A stretch of DNA of 64,000 nt from an uncultured Arcobacteraceae bacterium (lineage in GTDB: Bacteria > Campylobacterota > Campylobacteria > Campylobacterales > Arcobacteraceae): positions 1 through 64,000 of the forward strand of contig CAXHZO010000009.1 in the NCBI GenBank assembly GCA_964022095.1, read 5' to 3'. The position numbers were made by a program, and so were the translations under genes. The notes beneath the pieces were generated by a model, which made no database searches, had not been told where the DNA came from, and worked only from the letters and a program-made list of their open reading frames with translations. Shown piece after piece: positions 52,547 through 64,000 of the stretch (the first letter of the stretch is position 1; each line of letters starts with the position of its first letter).

Positions 52547-52650
52547 GCTCTTCTTTAGCCCCTTACAAGCATTACTAGAGACAACGCCCCAGGATGGGAA
52601 CATAGCAAGGCACCTCTTTTATTGTTGTGTTTGGGTACCTGGAGAAGAGT
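52547..52650 (+). ncRNA. ffs: Signal recognition particle RNA (4.5S)
   Basis: Helix-8 motif CAGG-ATG-GGAA-CAT-AGCA at 52590-52607; 5' GCTCTTCTTTAG pairs with 3' CTGGAGAAGAGT; TATAAT at 52495-52500. Confidence 0.9.
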
Positions 52651-52671
52651 GCTATCAAAAAGCACTTTTTT
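52648..52671 (+). terminator. Intrinsic terminator of ffs
   Basis: AGTGCT-ATCAAAA-AGCACT followed by a T run. Confidence 0.65.
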
Positions 52672-52771
52672 CAAACTACTTAAATTTAATCAATCAATAA
52701 CAAAATTTCAAAATAAAAACTTCATAAACCACATAAAAATTAGTATAATTAATTCAAAAAAGGAAACTTTT

Positions 52772-53656
52772 ATGAAAGTAGGATTTATTGGATTAGGAAT
52801 CATGGGTAAACCTATGGCTAAAAACCTAATAAAAGCAGGATATGAACTAATCGTTACAAATAGAAGTAAAGCCTCTGTAAAAGAATTAGAAGCTTCTGGT
52901 GCCATTGCCGTTAGCTTGCCAAAAGAAGTTGCTCAACAATGTGATGTGATTATTACTATGCTTCCAAATTCACCACAAGTAAAAGAGGTGATTTTAGGGA
53001 ATAATGGAGTTATTGAAGGAGCTAAGGAAGGTACAACAATTATTGATATGAGTTCAATTGCTCCATTAGCTTCTCAGGAAATTTCAAAAGAACTAGCTAA
53101 AAAAGGTATTGAGTTATTAGATTCTCCTGTAAGTGGTGGTGAACCAAAAGCAATTGAGGGGACACTATCAGTTATGGTTGGTGGGAAAAAAGAAGTATTT
53201 GATAAATACTATGATTTAATGATGGCAATGGCTGGATCTGTAGTTTATACAGGAAAAGTTGGTGCAGGTAATACTACAAAATTAGCAAATCAAATAATTG
53301 TAGCACTAAATATCGCCGCTATGTGTGAAGCTTTAGTATTAGCTACAAAAGCAGGAGTTGAACCTGAACTTGTATATCAAGCAATAAAAGGTGGATTAGC
53401 TGGAAGTACTGTTTTAGATGCAAAAGCTCCATTAGCCATGGATAGAAAATTTGATCCTGGATTTAAAATTAATTTACATATAAAAGACTTGCAAAATGCA
53501 CTAGATACTGCACATGAAATAGGTGCTCCTGTTCAAATGACAGCTGCTGTTATGGAAATCATGCAAGCGATGAAAGCCCAAGGTGAAGATCATTTAGACC
53601 ATGGTGCAATAATAAAATACTATGAGAGATTAGCAAAAGTCGAAGTTAAAAGATAA
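52772..53656 (+). CDS. garR: 2-hydroxy-3-oxopropionate (tartronate semialdehyde) reductase
   Basis: MKVGFIGLGIMGKPM, DMSSIAPLAS, PVSGGEPKA, TKLANQ; true start at 52772 after AAGGA (the longer ORF start overlaps ffs). Confidence 0.88.
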   Translation: MKVGFIGLGIMGKPMAKNLIKAGYELIVTNRSKASVKELEASGAIAVSLPKEVAQQCDVIITMLPNSPQVKEVILGNNGVIEGAKEGTTIIDMSSIAPLASQEISKELAKKGIELLDSPVSGGEPKAIEGTLSVMVGGKKEVFDKYYDLMMAMAGSVVYTGKVGAGNTTKLANQIIVALNIAAMCEALVLATKAGVEPELVYQAIKGGLAGSTVLDAKAPLAMDRKFDPGFKINLHIKDLQNALDTAHEIGAPVQMTAAVMEIMQAMKAQGEDHLDHGAIIKYYERLAKVEVKR

Positions 53657-53683
53657 ATATACCTTTTTAGGTATATTTTAAAA

Positions 53684-54313
53684 CTATACTAAATCCGCAA
53701 AATCCGCATTTAAAATCAGTAATTTCTTTTCACTTTTATTATAAATAAATCTATAATCACTATTTTTGATAGCTCTAAATATAATATATTTTATCTCTTG
53801 TTCACTTTTATTGTTTCTTTTCATAAATGCAAAAAACTCTTTTAGTGTGATAAATGTTGTTTTCTCTTTGTTTTGTTCTTTATTTATTGGTTGCTGCTGT
53901 ATTTGAGGTTTATATATAGCTCTCATTTCATTAAAAGCACTTTGTAAAAGTTTTATTTCTGAATCAAATACTTCGATTATTTTATTTTGATTCTTCTCTA
54001 ATCTATTAATCTCAGATGTATACTGTTTTTTCATCCATTTTATAGATTTTTTTAATAAAACTATTTGTTCATTTTTTACTTCAATGATTGATTCTATTTC
54101 TTTATATTTCACGTCATTTGTATTGTTTACAACAGTTTGTGTAGCATGAGTTTGTGGAGGTACTTTTGAGTGAATTTGTTCATCTATATAAACGTATGTT
54201 TTACCAGATTGTTTTATAGATTTTAATTGATTTTTTTTAATTCTATAGTGAATACCTTGTAAAGATAAGCCCAGTATTTCTGCAGCTTGAGAAGTAGTAA
54301 CTAATCTTTCCAA
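53684..54313 (-). CDS. N-terminal HTH DNA-binding protein with coiled coil
   Basis: TTSQAAEILGLSLQGIHYRIKK excisionase/MerR-like HTH; downstream of queF. Confidence 0.7.
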   Translation of the reverse strand: MERLVTTSQAAEILGLSLQGIHYRIKKNQLKSIKQSGKTYVYIDEQIHSKVPPQTHATQTVVNNTNDVKYKEIESIIEVKNEQIVLLKKSIKWMKKQYTSEINRLEKNQNKIIEVFDSEIKLLQSAFNEMRAIYKPQIQQQPINKEQNKEKTTFITLKEFFAFMKRNNKSEQEIKYIIFRAIKNSDYRFIYNKSEKKLLILNADFADLV

Positions 54314-54323
54314 GGTTTATTCC

Positions 54324-54707
54324 TTACATTTTTGCACTATCTATTTCAATAACAGTATGTACATTTCCTCTTGGTTTAAAGTCAGCAATAACTTTCATCC
54401 ATTTTGGTTGAAGTTTATTATATAAAGTATCAAAAATTTCATTAGCTGAGTTTTCATGAGAAACTTCTCTAAACATAAACGTATTAATATAGATTTTTAA
54501 TGCTTTTAACTCAATTACTAATTTATTAGGAGTATACTCTAAATAAATCGTTGCAAAGTCTGGATAACCACTTCTTGGACATTTTGCCATGAATTCTGGT
54601 AATTCAATTTTTATTACATAATTTTTTTCATTTTGATTTGGCCAAAAATTCTCGTCACTATTGATATCAAAGTCTCGAATCTCTTTTTCACCATATTTAA
54701 TTTCCAT
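54324..54707 (-). CDS. queF: 7-cyano-7-deazaguanine (preQ0) reductase, type I
   Basis: EFMAKCPRSGYPDF, ELKALK, HE, PRG. Confidence 0.93.
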   Translation of the reverse strand: MEIKYGEKEIRDFDINSDENFWPNQNEKNYVIKIELPEFMAKCPRSGYPDFATIYLEYTPNKLVIELKALKIYINTFMFREVSHENSANEIFDTLYNKLQPKWMKVIADFKPRGNVHTVIEIDSAKM

Positions 54708-54813
54708 ATTTTTTATAACCTTTTATATCTTTAATTTTAGGCCATTTTATCTAAAAATCCCTTACAAATATAGCACAAATAAAAAATGAAGTATTTATAC
54801 ATTAAAATTAAAT

Positions 54814-55668
54814 ATGAAAGAATTACTAGAAGTTGAATTTTTAGATAGTTTAAAAGATTATGGCTTTGAGATTGCAAGCTTTAATGAGTTGTTTAAAAAT
54901 ATAGATTTAAATACTCATTTTATGACAAAACCTCATAGAATAAAATTTTATCATATCTTGTACTTTACAAAATCAAATGACTATCACTATATTGATTTTA
55001 AAAACTATAAAATAGAAGATAATACCTTACTTTTTTTATCAAAAGATCAAGTTCATAGTTTTAGTAAAACAGCAAATTATGAAGGTTTTGTAATACTTCT
55101 TACTGATGAATTTTTAAAAAGAAACCTGTTAAACTTAGAAAAATCAATGTTTAATATTCTCCTTAAACCTTCAATTATAGAAGATGCCTCTTCAATATAT
55201 AAATTTTTATTTGAACAACTATATAATGATTATAAAAACAACTCTTCATATAAAGAGAAATTAAATGGTACCTTATTTAACTATATAATTTTAAAAGCTC
55301 AAGAAGATATCTCAAAACAAAACCTATCAAATATAAATGAAAAATATACACTAATATATAATAAATTCAAAAACCTTCTTTATAGTAATTACTATAAAAA
55401 CAGAAGTGTGAACTTTTATAGTGATTTACTAAAAATCACACCAAAACACCTAAATGTAATATGTAAAGAGCATTCAAAACTAAATACAAAACAGATAATT
55501 GACAACTACATAATCTTAGAATCAAAAAGAAGACTTATAAGTACAAACAAAGCTATAAAAGAGATTTCATATGAATTAGGTTTTATAGAAACTACAAATT
55601 TTATAAAATATTTTAAAAAACACACTAATATATCGCCTAGTTCTTTTAGGCAAAGTCATAGTATCTAG
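54814..55668 (+). CDS. AraC-family regulator
   Basis: PHR...FY cupin N-terminus; IKEISYELGF...FKKHTNISP HTH. Confidence 0.9.
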   Translation: MKELLEVEFLDSLKDYGFEIASFNELFKNIDLNTHFMTKPHRIKFYHILYFTKSNDYHYIDFKNYKIEDNTLLFLSKDQVHSFSKTANYEGFVILLTDEFLKRNLLNLEKSMFNILLKPSIIEDASSIYKFLFEQLYNDYKNNSSYKEKLNGTLFNYIILKAQEDISKQNLSNINEKYTLIYNKFKNLLYSNYYKNRSVNFYSDLLKITPKHLNVICKEHSKLNTKQIIDNYIILESKRRLISTNKAIKEISYELGFIETTNFIKYFKKHTNISPSSFRQSHSI

Positions 55669-55758
55669 TTCGATTTTTACCATTTTTAAATCATTTTTAA
55701 CCTTTATTATCAATTCTAATGGGTATATAATTACTTAAAATTACCATAGGAGTAGAAA

Positions 55759-56442
55759 ATGAAATTAAAAAATTTATTAACAGTTTTCCTTTTAATTATA
55801 GGAATAAACACTTTAGCAAGTGAATTATCAAACAAAGAAAAAACAGTTTTAGTTTTGGAAAAAGCTTTCAATAAAAATCAAGATAGAAGTGTATTAAAAT
55901 ATGTGAGTGATAAAAAGTATATTCAACATAATTTACAAGCAGCAAATGGGAAAAATGGATTAGTAGGATATTTAGATTACCTAAAAGGTAAAGATATCGA
56001 AACTAAAGTTATAAGAGCATTTGAGGACAATAATTATGTAGTAGCTCAAACTTTATCAAAATATGAAAATAGTTATTCTCACATAATCGATATTTTTAGA
56101 TTTGAAAATGGCTTAATGGTAGAACACTGGGATAATATTGAGACTATAAAAAACAAAGATTTAGTAAATAATTTTCCTACAAGTATAAAAGATATTGAAA
56201 AAACAAAATCAAATAAAGATATTGTAAAAAAACATATCAATAACAAAGAGTATGGGAAAAATCATCTATTATTAGGTAAAGGTGAGTTTGTTTTAGCAGT
56301 AAATAAAACAAAATCAAACGCTAAAGAGATTGCACTTTATGAACTATTTTTTGTAGAAAATAGTAAAATAAAGAAAAGTTGGAAAATCCAAGAAGAGATT
56401 TTACCAAAAGATAAATGGCAAAATAATAATGGTAAATTTTAA
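55759..56442 (+). CDS. Exported SnoaL/NTF2-like protein
   Basis: Signal peptide; YIQHN, DIFRFENGLMVEHWD, C-terminal NNNGKF. Confidence 0.78.
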   Translation: MKLKNLLTVFLLIIGINTLASELSNKEKTVLVLEKAFNKNQDRSVLKYVSDKKYIQHNLQAANGKNGLVGYLDYLKGKDIETKVIRAFEDNNYVVAQTLSKYENSYSHIIDIFRFENGLMVEHWDNIETIKNKDLVNNFPTSIKDIEKTKSNKDIVKKHINNKEYGKNHLLLGKGEFVLAVNKTKSNAKEIALYELFFVENSKIKKSWKIQEEILPKDKWQNNNGKF

Positions 56443-56557
56443 ATAATAATTTTCTTATAGTTAATATATTAAGTTATTTATTGAATAATAATTGGTATTT
56501 AAGTATAATCGCTATACTTATGCTATAAAACTAATATAAAAACTATAAGAAGGTAAC

Positions 56558-57553
56558 ATGGAACAAAAAATATATGATATTGTAATTATTGGTGGAGGGC
56601 CTGGAGGAATTGGTTCTGCTATTGAAGCATCAGCTCATAACATCGGTAAAATACTATTAATAGAAAAAACTGACAATCACTCAAATACTATTAGAAAATT
56701 TTATAAAGATAGTAAAAGAGTTGATAAAGACTATAAAGGTCAAGTTACAACACTTCAAGGTAATGTTGAGTTCTTTGACGGAACAAAAGAGACAACATTA
56801 GACTACTTTAATGACCTATTAGATAATGAAAAAATCGATGCAATGTTTAATACTGAAGTTGAAAAAATTGAAAAAAATGGCGATATGCTTGAAATTCATA
56901 CTTCAAGAGGTATTATTCATACAGAAAATGCAGTAGTTGCCATTGGTAAAATGGGAAAACCAAATAAACCATCATATAAAATTCCTCCATCAATTAGACC
57001 TCAAGTAAATTTTAACCTTGATAAATGCGGAACAAATGAAAAGATATTAGTTGTAGGTGGTGGGAATAGTGCAGCAGAGTATGCATATGAACTAGCAGAC
57101 CAAGGTAATACTATAACTTTAGTATATAGAAAACCTGAATTTTCAAGACTTAATGAAACAAATGAATCAATTTTAAAAAAATGTGATGGTGAAGAGAAAT
57201 TAAGACTTAGAATGAATACAGATATAGAAGCTTTAGAAAATGATGAAGGAAAAGTAAAAGTTAGTTTTAATGATGGTTTTGATGTTCTATACGACAGAGT
57301 AATCTATGCTATTGGAGGAACAACTCCTGTTGATTTCTTAAAATCATGTGGAATAACAGTTGATAAGAACAAAAAACCAATATTTGATGAACATCAAGAA
57401 ACAACAACACCAAACGTTTATGTAGCTGGAGATATTGCATTTGCAAGTGGTGGAAGTATTGCTATTGCTTTAAATCACGGATATCATATTGTAAATAATA
57501 TTCAAAGAAAAAGAGGAAGAATTTTTGCTCATACTGAGAAGTTCGAGCATTAA
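56558..57553 (+). CDS. fqrB: TrxB-like FAD/NADPH oxidoreductase without CxxC (FqrB-type flavodoxin:quinone reductase)
   Basis: GGGPGG, FYKDSKRVDKDYKG, DGTKE, GGGNSA, AGDI. Confidence 0.75.
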   Translation: MEQKIYDIVIIGGGPGGIGSAIEASAHNIGKILLIEKTDNHSNTIRKFYKDSKRVDKDYKGQVTTLQGNVEFFDGTKETTLDYFNDLLDNEKIDAMFNTEVEKIEKNGDMLEIHTSRGIIHTENAVVAIGKMGKPNKPSYKIPPSIRPQVNFNLDKCGTNEKILVVGGGNSAAEYAYELADQGNTITLVYRKPEFSRLNETNESILKKCDGEEKLRLRMNTDIEALENDEGKVKVSFNDGFDVLYDRVIYAIGGTTPVDFLKSCGITVDKNKKPIFDEHQETTTPNVYVAGDIAFASGGSIAIALNHGYHIVNNIQRKRGRIFAHTEKFEH

Positions 57554-57591
57554 TAAAACTAAAAAGATTACAACTAAAAATTGTAATCTTC

Positions 57592-59037
57592 TTACTTCTC
57601 ATTAAAGATTTTTTCTATATTTATAATAAACTTCACACCATTTTTTGTATTTTGAGGTGTAATTTTACCATTTAATGAATTTTTTACAATATCATAAGTT
57701 AAATATAATCCCATACCTGTTCCTGTAGAATTATGGTTAGTTGTGAAGTATGGTTCAAATATTTTATCAATAATATTATCATCAATTCCACCTGCATTAT
57801 CTTCAAAAACAATTTCTATATTTTCTTGTTTTTCTTCAAAATAAATTTTTATAAATCTATCTTTTATTTCATTTTTCTCAAATGCTTCACAAGAATTAAG
57901 TATTAAGTTCATAAAGGTATAAGATAATAGTGAAGGAAAAGAAAGTATATTTATCTTTGTTTTTGTAAATTTTATTTCAATTTTTACAAAGTTCTTATTT
58001 AATAAATCATTATTTAATTTTTTAATATCTTTAAAAAATTCATTCATTTCAATATCTTCTTTTAAAACATCAGTTTGAAAATATTTGCTAAAAGTATTAA
58101 TTGTTTCACTAAGATAATTAGTATTATTCATTATTGCTTCATATGATTTATTAAAAATTTCATCAGTCAATAAACCTAAATCTCTGTTAATTTTTATACC
58201 ACTTAATCCTACTGTTATTACAGATAATGGTTGTCTCCATTGATGCGAAATATTATTTAAAAGCTCACCTAATTGAGCCATTTTTGATTGTTGAAATAAA
58301 AATTCTTCTTGTTTTTTACTATGAATTAAATAGTCTATCATAATATTAAAGTCGTTTTTTAATTGATCTATTTCATCATTGATTTGATTAACTTCGATCT
58401 TCTTTTTCTCACCCTTAATTACGCTATTTACACTATTTTTTAATTCAACAATTGGAATTGTTATCCATCTTACAAATATAAATACAATTAAAGTTGCCAA
58501 TAAAATTGATAATATCATAACAATCAAAAAGTTTCTAAAAAGTTTCTCATATTGTTTATTATACACATCTACTGAAATACCTATAAAAAAATTACCCCAA
58601 TGATGATTTGATAATTTTATTTTTTCAGAATAATGAAATAATTCTTTAGGATATACTTCAAATTTTTTAATAAAATATTTTTTTTCACTATTGATTAAAT
58701 CTATATGATTTTTATCTAAAGTATCATTAACAATAAATTTTTCTTTTTTTACTGTGATTTTGTAATCATCTTTTTTATCATAAATTACATACTTAATAAG
58801 TGAATTATCTTTTAACATAGCCAAAGTGTCAGATATTAATTGAGCTTTATCATTTGATAGCATATATTCAGTGTTACGTTTTAAATTTGATTTTACTATA
58901 GATTGTAATTGGACTTTCATAATTTCAAGATATGATTGTTTTTGTTGTACTAAATTTGTATAACCAAAAAATAAAAGTATAAATACAATTAAAATCAATA
59001 CTGGAATATATATTTTAAAAAATAGATTAAATTTCAT
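57592..59037 (-). CDS. HAMP sensor histidine kinase
   Basis: Two TM segments, HAMP, ISHQWRQPL, DNAGGI, GTGMGL. Confidence 0.88.
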   Translation of the reverse strand: MKFNLFFKIYIPVLILIVFILLFFGYTNLVQQKQSYLEIMKVQLQSIVKSNLKRNTEYMLSNDKAQLISDTLAMLKDNSLIKYVIYDKKDDYKITVKKEKFIVNDTLDKNHIDLINSEKKYFIKKFEVYPKELFHYSEKIKLSNHHWGNFFIGISVDVYNKQYEKLFRNFLIVMILSILLATLIVFIFVRWITIPIVELKNSVNSVIKGEKKKIEVNQINDEIDQLKNDFNIMIDYLIHSKKQEEFLFQQSKMAQLGELLNNISHQWRQPLSVITVGLSGIKINRDLGLLTDEIFNKSYEAIMNNTNYLSETINTFSKYFQTDVLKEDIEMNEFFKDIKKLNNDLLNKNFVKIEIKFTKTKINILSFPSLLSYTFMNLILNSCEAFEKNEIKDRFIKIYFEEKQENIEIVFEDNAGGIDDNIIDKIFEPYFTTNHNSTGTGMGLYLTYDIVKNSLNGKITPQNTKNGVKFIINIEKIFNEK

Positions 59038-59043
59038 AAATAT

Positions 59044-59874
59044 TTACTTTAGACTCTTTAAATAAAATTGTTTGATTTTTTCAACTTCATAATCTTCTAA
59101 TATAAAAATATCTGTAATACTCAATAGTGAAAATAACTCTTCTTTTTTTTCATTATTTTTAATTTTTTGAACCATATTTATAGTATTGTTTTTCTCTTTT
59201 TCATTAGAAAGCATAATATTTGGAATATATATATTTTCTGTTTTATCTAATATTATAAGTTTTGTTTTAATTGTTGGACTTAATTCTTTTATAGTTTCAT
59301 AAATACCCGAAGGTACTATACAAGCATCAAAATTGTTAAAAAATGTTTTTAAAACTATTGTATTATAGTTATCAAAATACTTAACATTTTTATATTTTAA
59401 TTTATTGTCTTTCTTTATAATATTCATATATGCTTGAGATAATATTTCACCATTTCTTAAAGCAAGACTTTTATTTTTTAAATCTTTTAATGAATTGATA
59501 TTACTATCTTTATTTACAAGTAAATAAAGTTTATCTAATCTTCTATTCTCCATATCAGGAAGTGTTACATAAATAGAAGTATTATCATCAACTTTTTTAA
59601 AACCTTTTAAATACTCTCTTAAATCTAAAGTAATTACATCTATTTCACCATTATTATAGACTTTTGATATAGAATCAAAATCACTATAATCTTTGATATT
59701 AAAGTCCACTCCAATTTCATTTAAAATATCATTAGCAACTATATTTAAAGCTTTTAAAGAATTGTCATATTTAGTAACTGTAGATAATCTTTCTAAATAT
59801 CCTAAAGTAGGCTTTTCATTAGCAGATGTATATGAAAATAATATTGTTAAAATGATAAATAATTTTTTTAACAT
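59044..59874 (-). CDS. PhnD/SsuA-like periplasmic binding protein
   Basis: Signal peptide; LLVNKDSNINSLKDLKNK and FFNNFDACIV patterns; upstream of the kinase. Confidence 0.65.
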   Translation of the reverse strand: MLKKLFIILTILFSYTSANEKPTLGYLERLSTVTKYDNSLKALNIVANDILNEIGVDFNIKDYSDFDSISKVYNNGEIDVITLDLREYLKGFKKVDDNTSIYVTLPDMENRRLDKLYLLVNKDSNINSLKDLKNKSLALRNGEILSQAYMNIIKKDNKLKYKNVKYFDNYNTIVLKTFFNNFDACIVPSGIYETIKELSPTIKTKLIILDKTENIYIPNIMLSNEKEKNNTINMVQKIKNNEKKEELFSLLSITDIFILEDYEVEKIKQFYLKSLK

Positions 59875-59998
59875 CTCTTTAGACTCCCAAAATAGACTTT
59901 ATTAATATATAAAACTTATTATATAATAAAAAAGTATAAATGCCTAATATCTGAAAATGTGAGAATGAAAAAGTGTGTATAAAAGAGAATTAACTCTT

Positions 59999-62347
<2,349 letters not shown>

Positions 62348-63418
62348 CTATTTTTCTAAAACAATTGGCATAACGATTGTTCTAAATTTTTCATCTTGTA
62401 AGTAGAATGGTAAATTTGATTCATTAAATCCTACTGCAATTTTTTCATTGTCAGTCATACTTAAAAAGTCTAATAAATATTTTGCATTTACTGCTAAGAA
62501 AAACTCTTCTTGGATATTTAAATCTATGTCTACTTGTGTTTTTGATTCTGTATCTTCATCTAAAGATTCAAACATAATACTATTAGGAGAGAATGTAATT
62601 TTAATGTTTGAAAATAAAGAAGTTACTAATTTAATTGATTCAACTAAAATATTTTTTGGTAATTCAAAATTATGTTTTAAAGTATTTGGAATAATTCTTT
62701 CATAATCAGGGAACTTACCATTAATTAGTTTTGTAAAGAATTTTGTATTATCATTTGAAATTACTAAATTAGTATCATCATATGAAATTTTAGCATCATC
62801 TAAAAACAGTTTTTGAATTTCAATAATTGCTTTTTTAGGAATAATAAATTGTGTTTCTTCATTAGATATATTTTGTAATTGAGATACTGCTAATCTTCTA
62901 GTATCAGTTGCAACAAAATTTATTTTAGAAGTTTTAATATCTAATAATGCACCATTTAATTCAAATTTAGGATTATTGTTATCAATAGCTGGTGTTATTC
63001 TTCTAATAGAAGTAATAAAATTTAAAGTAGAAATTGATAAATCTTTTAAATCAGTAGTTTTACTAATATTTGGATATTCATTAGCATCATACATTGGTAA
63101 TTTAAAAGTAGATTTTTTCTGTTTAATGATTAAATTACTACCAGAAGTTTCTATTAGTATTTCTTCATTTTTTAATCTTTTAATAATACCTAGTAAGTTA
63201 GAACCATTTACTGTTGCTTTTCCATCTGCACAATCTGTTATGCTATCTATTTTAGATTCTAAACCAATTTCATAGTCTGTTGCTTTTAAGTTAAGACTAT
63301 CATTAGTTGTTTCTAAATAGATATGTGATGTAATTGAACTTGCATCTTTTTTTTCTAAAAAAGGTTGCATATGCGCTACTACATTTTCAAAAACATTTTT
63401 TGTAATTACGAACCTCAT
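62348..63418 (-). CDS. dnaN: DNA polymerase III beta clamp
   Basis: ATDYE, VATDTRRL, GKFPDY, IVMPI; between dnaA and gyrB. Confidence 0.97.
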   Translation of the reverse strand: MRFVITKNVFENVVAHMQPFLEKKDASSITSHIYLETTNDSLNLKATDYEIGLESKIDSITDCADGKATVNGSNLLGIIKRLKNEEILIETSGSNLIIKQKKSTFKLPMYDANEYPNISKTTDLKDLSISTLNFITSIRRITPAIDNNNPKFELNGALLDIKTSKINFVATDTRRLAVSQLQNISNEETQFIIPKKAIIEIQKLFLDDAKISYDDTNLVISNDNTKFFTKLINGKFPDYERIIPNTLKHNFELPKNILVESIKLVTSLFSNIKITFSPNSIMFESLDEDTESKTQVDIDLNIQEEFFLAVNAKYLLDFLSMTDNEKIAVGFNESNLPFYLQDEKFRTIVMPIVLEK

Positions 63419-63587
63419 TTTATCTCCTAATATATTTTATTAATCTAGTAGAAATAGTAGACCATGTGAAAAGATGAAAACACATCTTAAACTACTTGGT
63501 AGTAGTACTTTGTCATAGTGAATAGAATTGACTTTATATTCACACCTTTTCACATTTACTTTTAAAACTTTTTTTTAAAAGCTTTTT
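63419..63587. other. oriC: oriC2 subregion of the bipartite replication origin
   Basis: DnaA-box-like 9-mers with TTCAC core at 63465-63473, 63517-63525, 63536-63544 and 63546-63554; TAG-TAG-AAA-TAG-TAG trios at 63446-63460 beside an AT-rich stretch. Confidence 0.8.
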
Positions 63588-64000
63588 CTACCACTCCTTA
63601 TTTATGATTTTATTCTTTAAATTTTCAATGATTAATTTAAAGTTTTCATCTTTTTCAATTAGTTCATTTGCTTTTTTAATATTATGCGAAATTGAACTGT
63701 GATCTTTCATTCCTAAGAATTTTGCAATATCTGGCATTGAGTTATGTGTTAACTCACGAGCTAGATAGATAACAACTCTTCTAGCATTAGCTACAGTTGC
63801 TGTTCTTTTCTTAGATTTGATATCACTTGGCTTGATATTTAATTCATTTGCGACAATATTAATTACATCTGGTAATTTAATATTCTCTTTGTTCTCTTTT
63901 ATTTGCTCTTTTAATAAGCCATGTACCATTTCTATGGTAATTTCTTGGTTTAAAAGAGAAGCACTTGCATTAATTCTAATTAATACACCTTCAATTTCTC
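63588..64000 (-). CDS. dnaA: Chromosomal replication initiator, C-terminal part (runs off the window)
   Basis: Domain IV: IKSKKRTATVANARR...SMPDIAKFLGMKDHSSI. Confidence 0.95.
   Translation of the reverse strand, partial: EIEGVLIRINASASLLNQEITIEMVHGLLKEQIKENKENIKLPDVINIVANELNIKPSDIKSKKRTATVANARRVVIYLARELTHNSMPDIAKFLGMKDHSSISHNIKKANELIEKDENFKLIIENLKNKIINKEW

Noticed and set aside
52622-52771. 50-aa N-terminal extension of garR
   Set aside because: Overlaps the SRP RNA and its terminator; a good RBS and family-typical start lie at 52772
53684-54313. Excisionase marking an integrated element
   Set aside because: The HTH gene is co-oriented 10 nt behind queF with no integrase or att-like repeats nearby; more likely a resident gene

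Overview
AT-rich chromosome segment of a Campylobacterota bacterium, most likely Arcobacteraceae (inferred from gene style and the dnaA-dnaN-gyrB...fqrB...queF order). It ends at the replication origin, with oriC2 between dnaA and dnaN. Housekeeping genes: accBC, gatB, gpsA, nrdAB, purB, trpB, queF, the SRP RNA ffs, gyrB, dnaN and dnaA. The notable parts are: (1) a two-gene cytoplasmic [NiFe]-hydrogenase whose small subunit has no Tat signal and is fused behind a NirB-like FAD/NAD(P)H oxidoreductase and a BFD-like [2Fe-2S] domain; (2) an ORF6N/PLD-like + ABC-type ATPase + HNH (Septu-like) cassette inside the molybdate operon, between modB and modC; (3) a lactate cluster (lutABC, two-component system, TRAP transporter, FAD/FeS D-lactate dehydrogenase) in which two promoters share the same Pho-box-like direct-repeat layout; (4) an hcp gene broken by one in-frame TAA, downstream of a perfect TTGAT-N4-ATCAA box; (5) a strand-asymmetric nested palindrome after nrdB, next to an unannotated 41-aa ORF; (6) a cluster of three exported proteins, two with DUF1566. 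All calls come from reading motifs by eye; no database searches were run.
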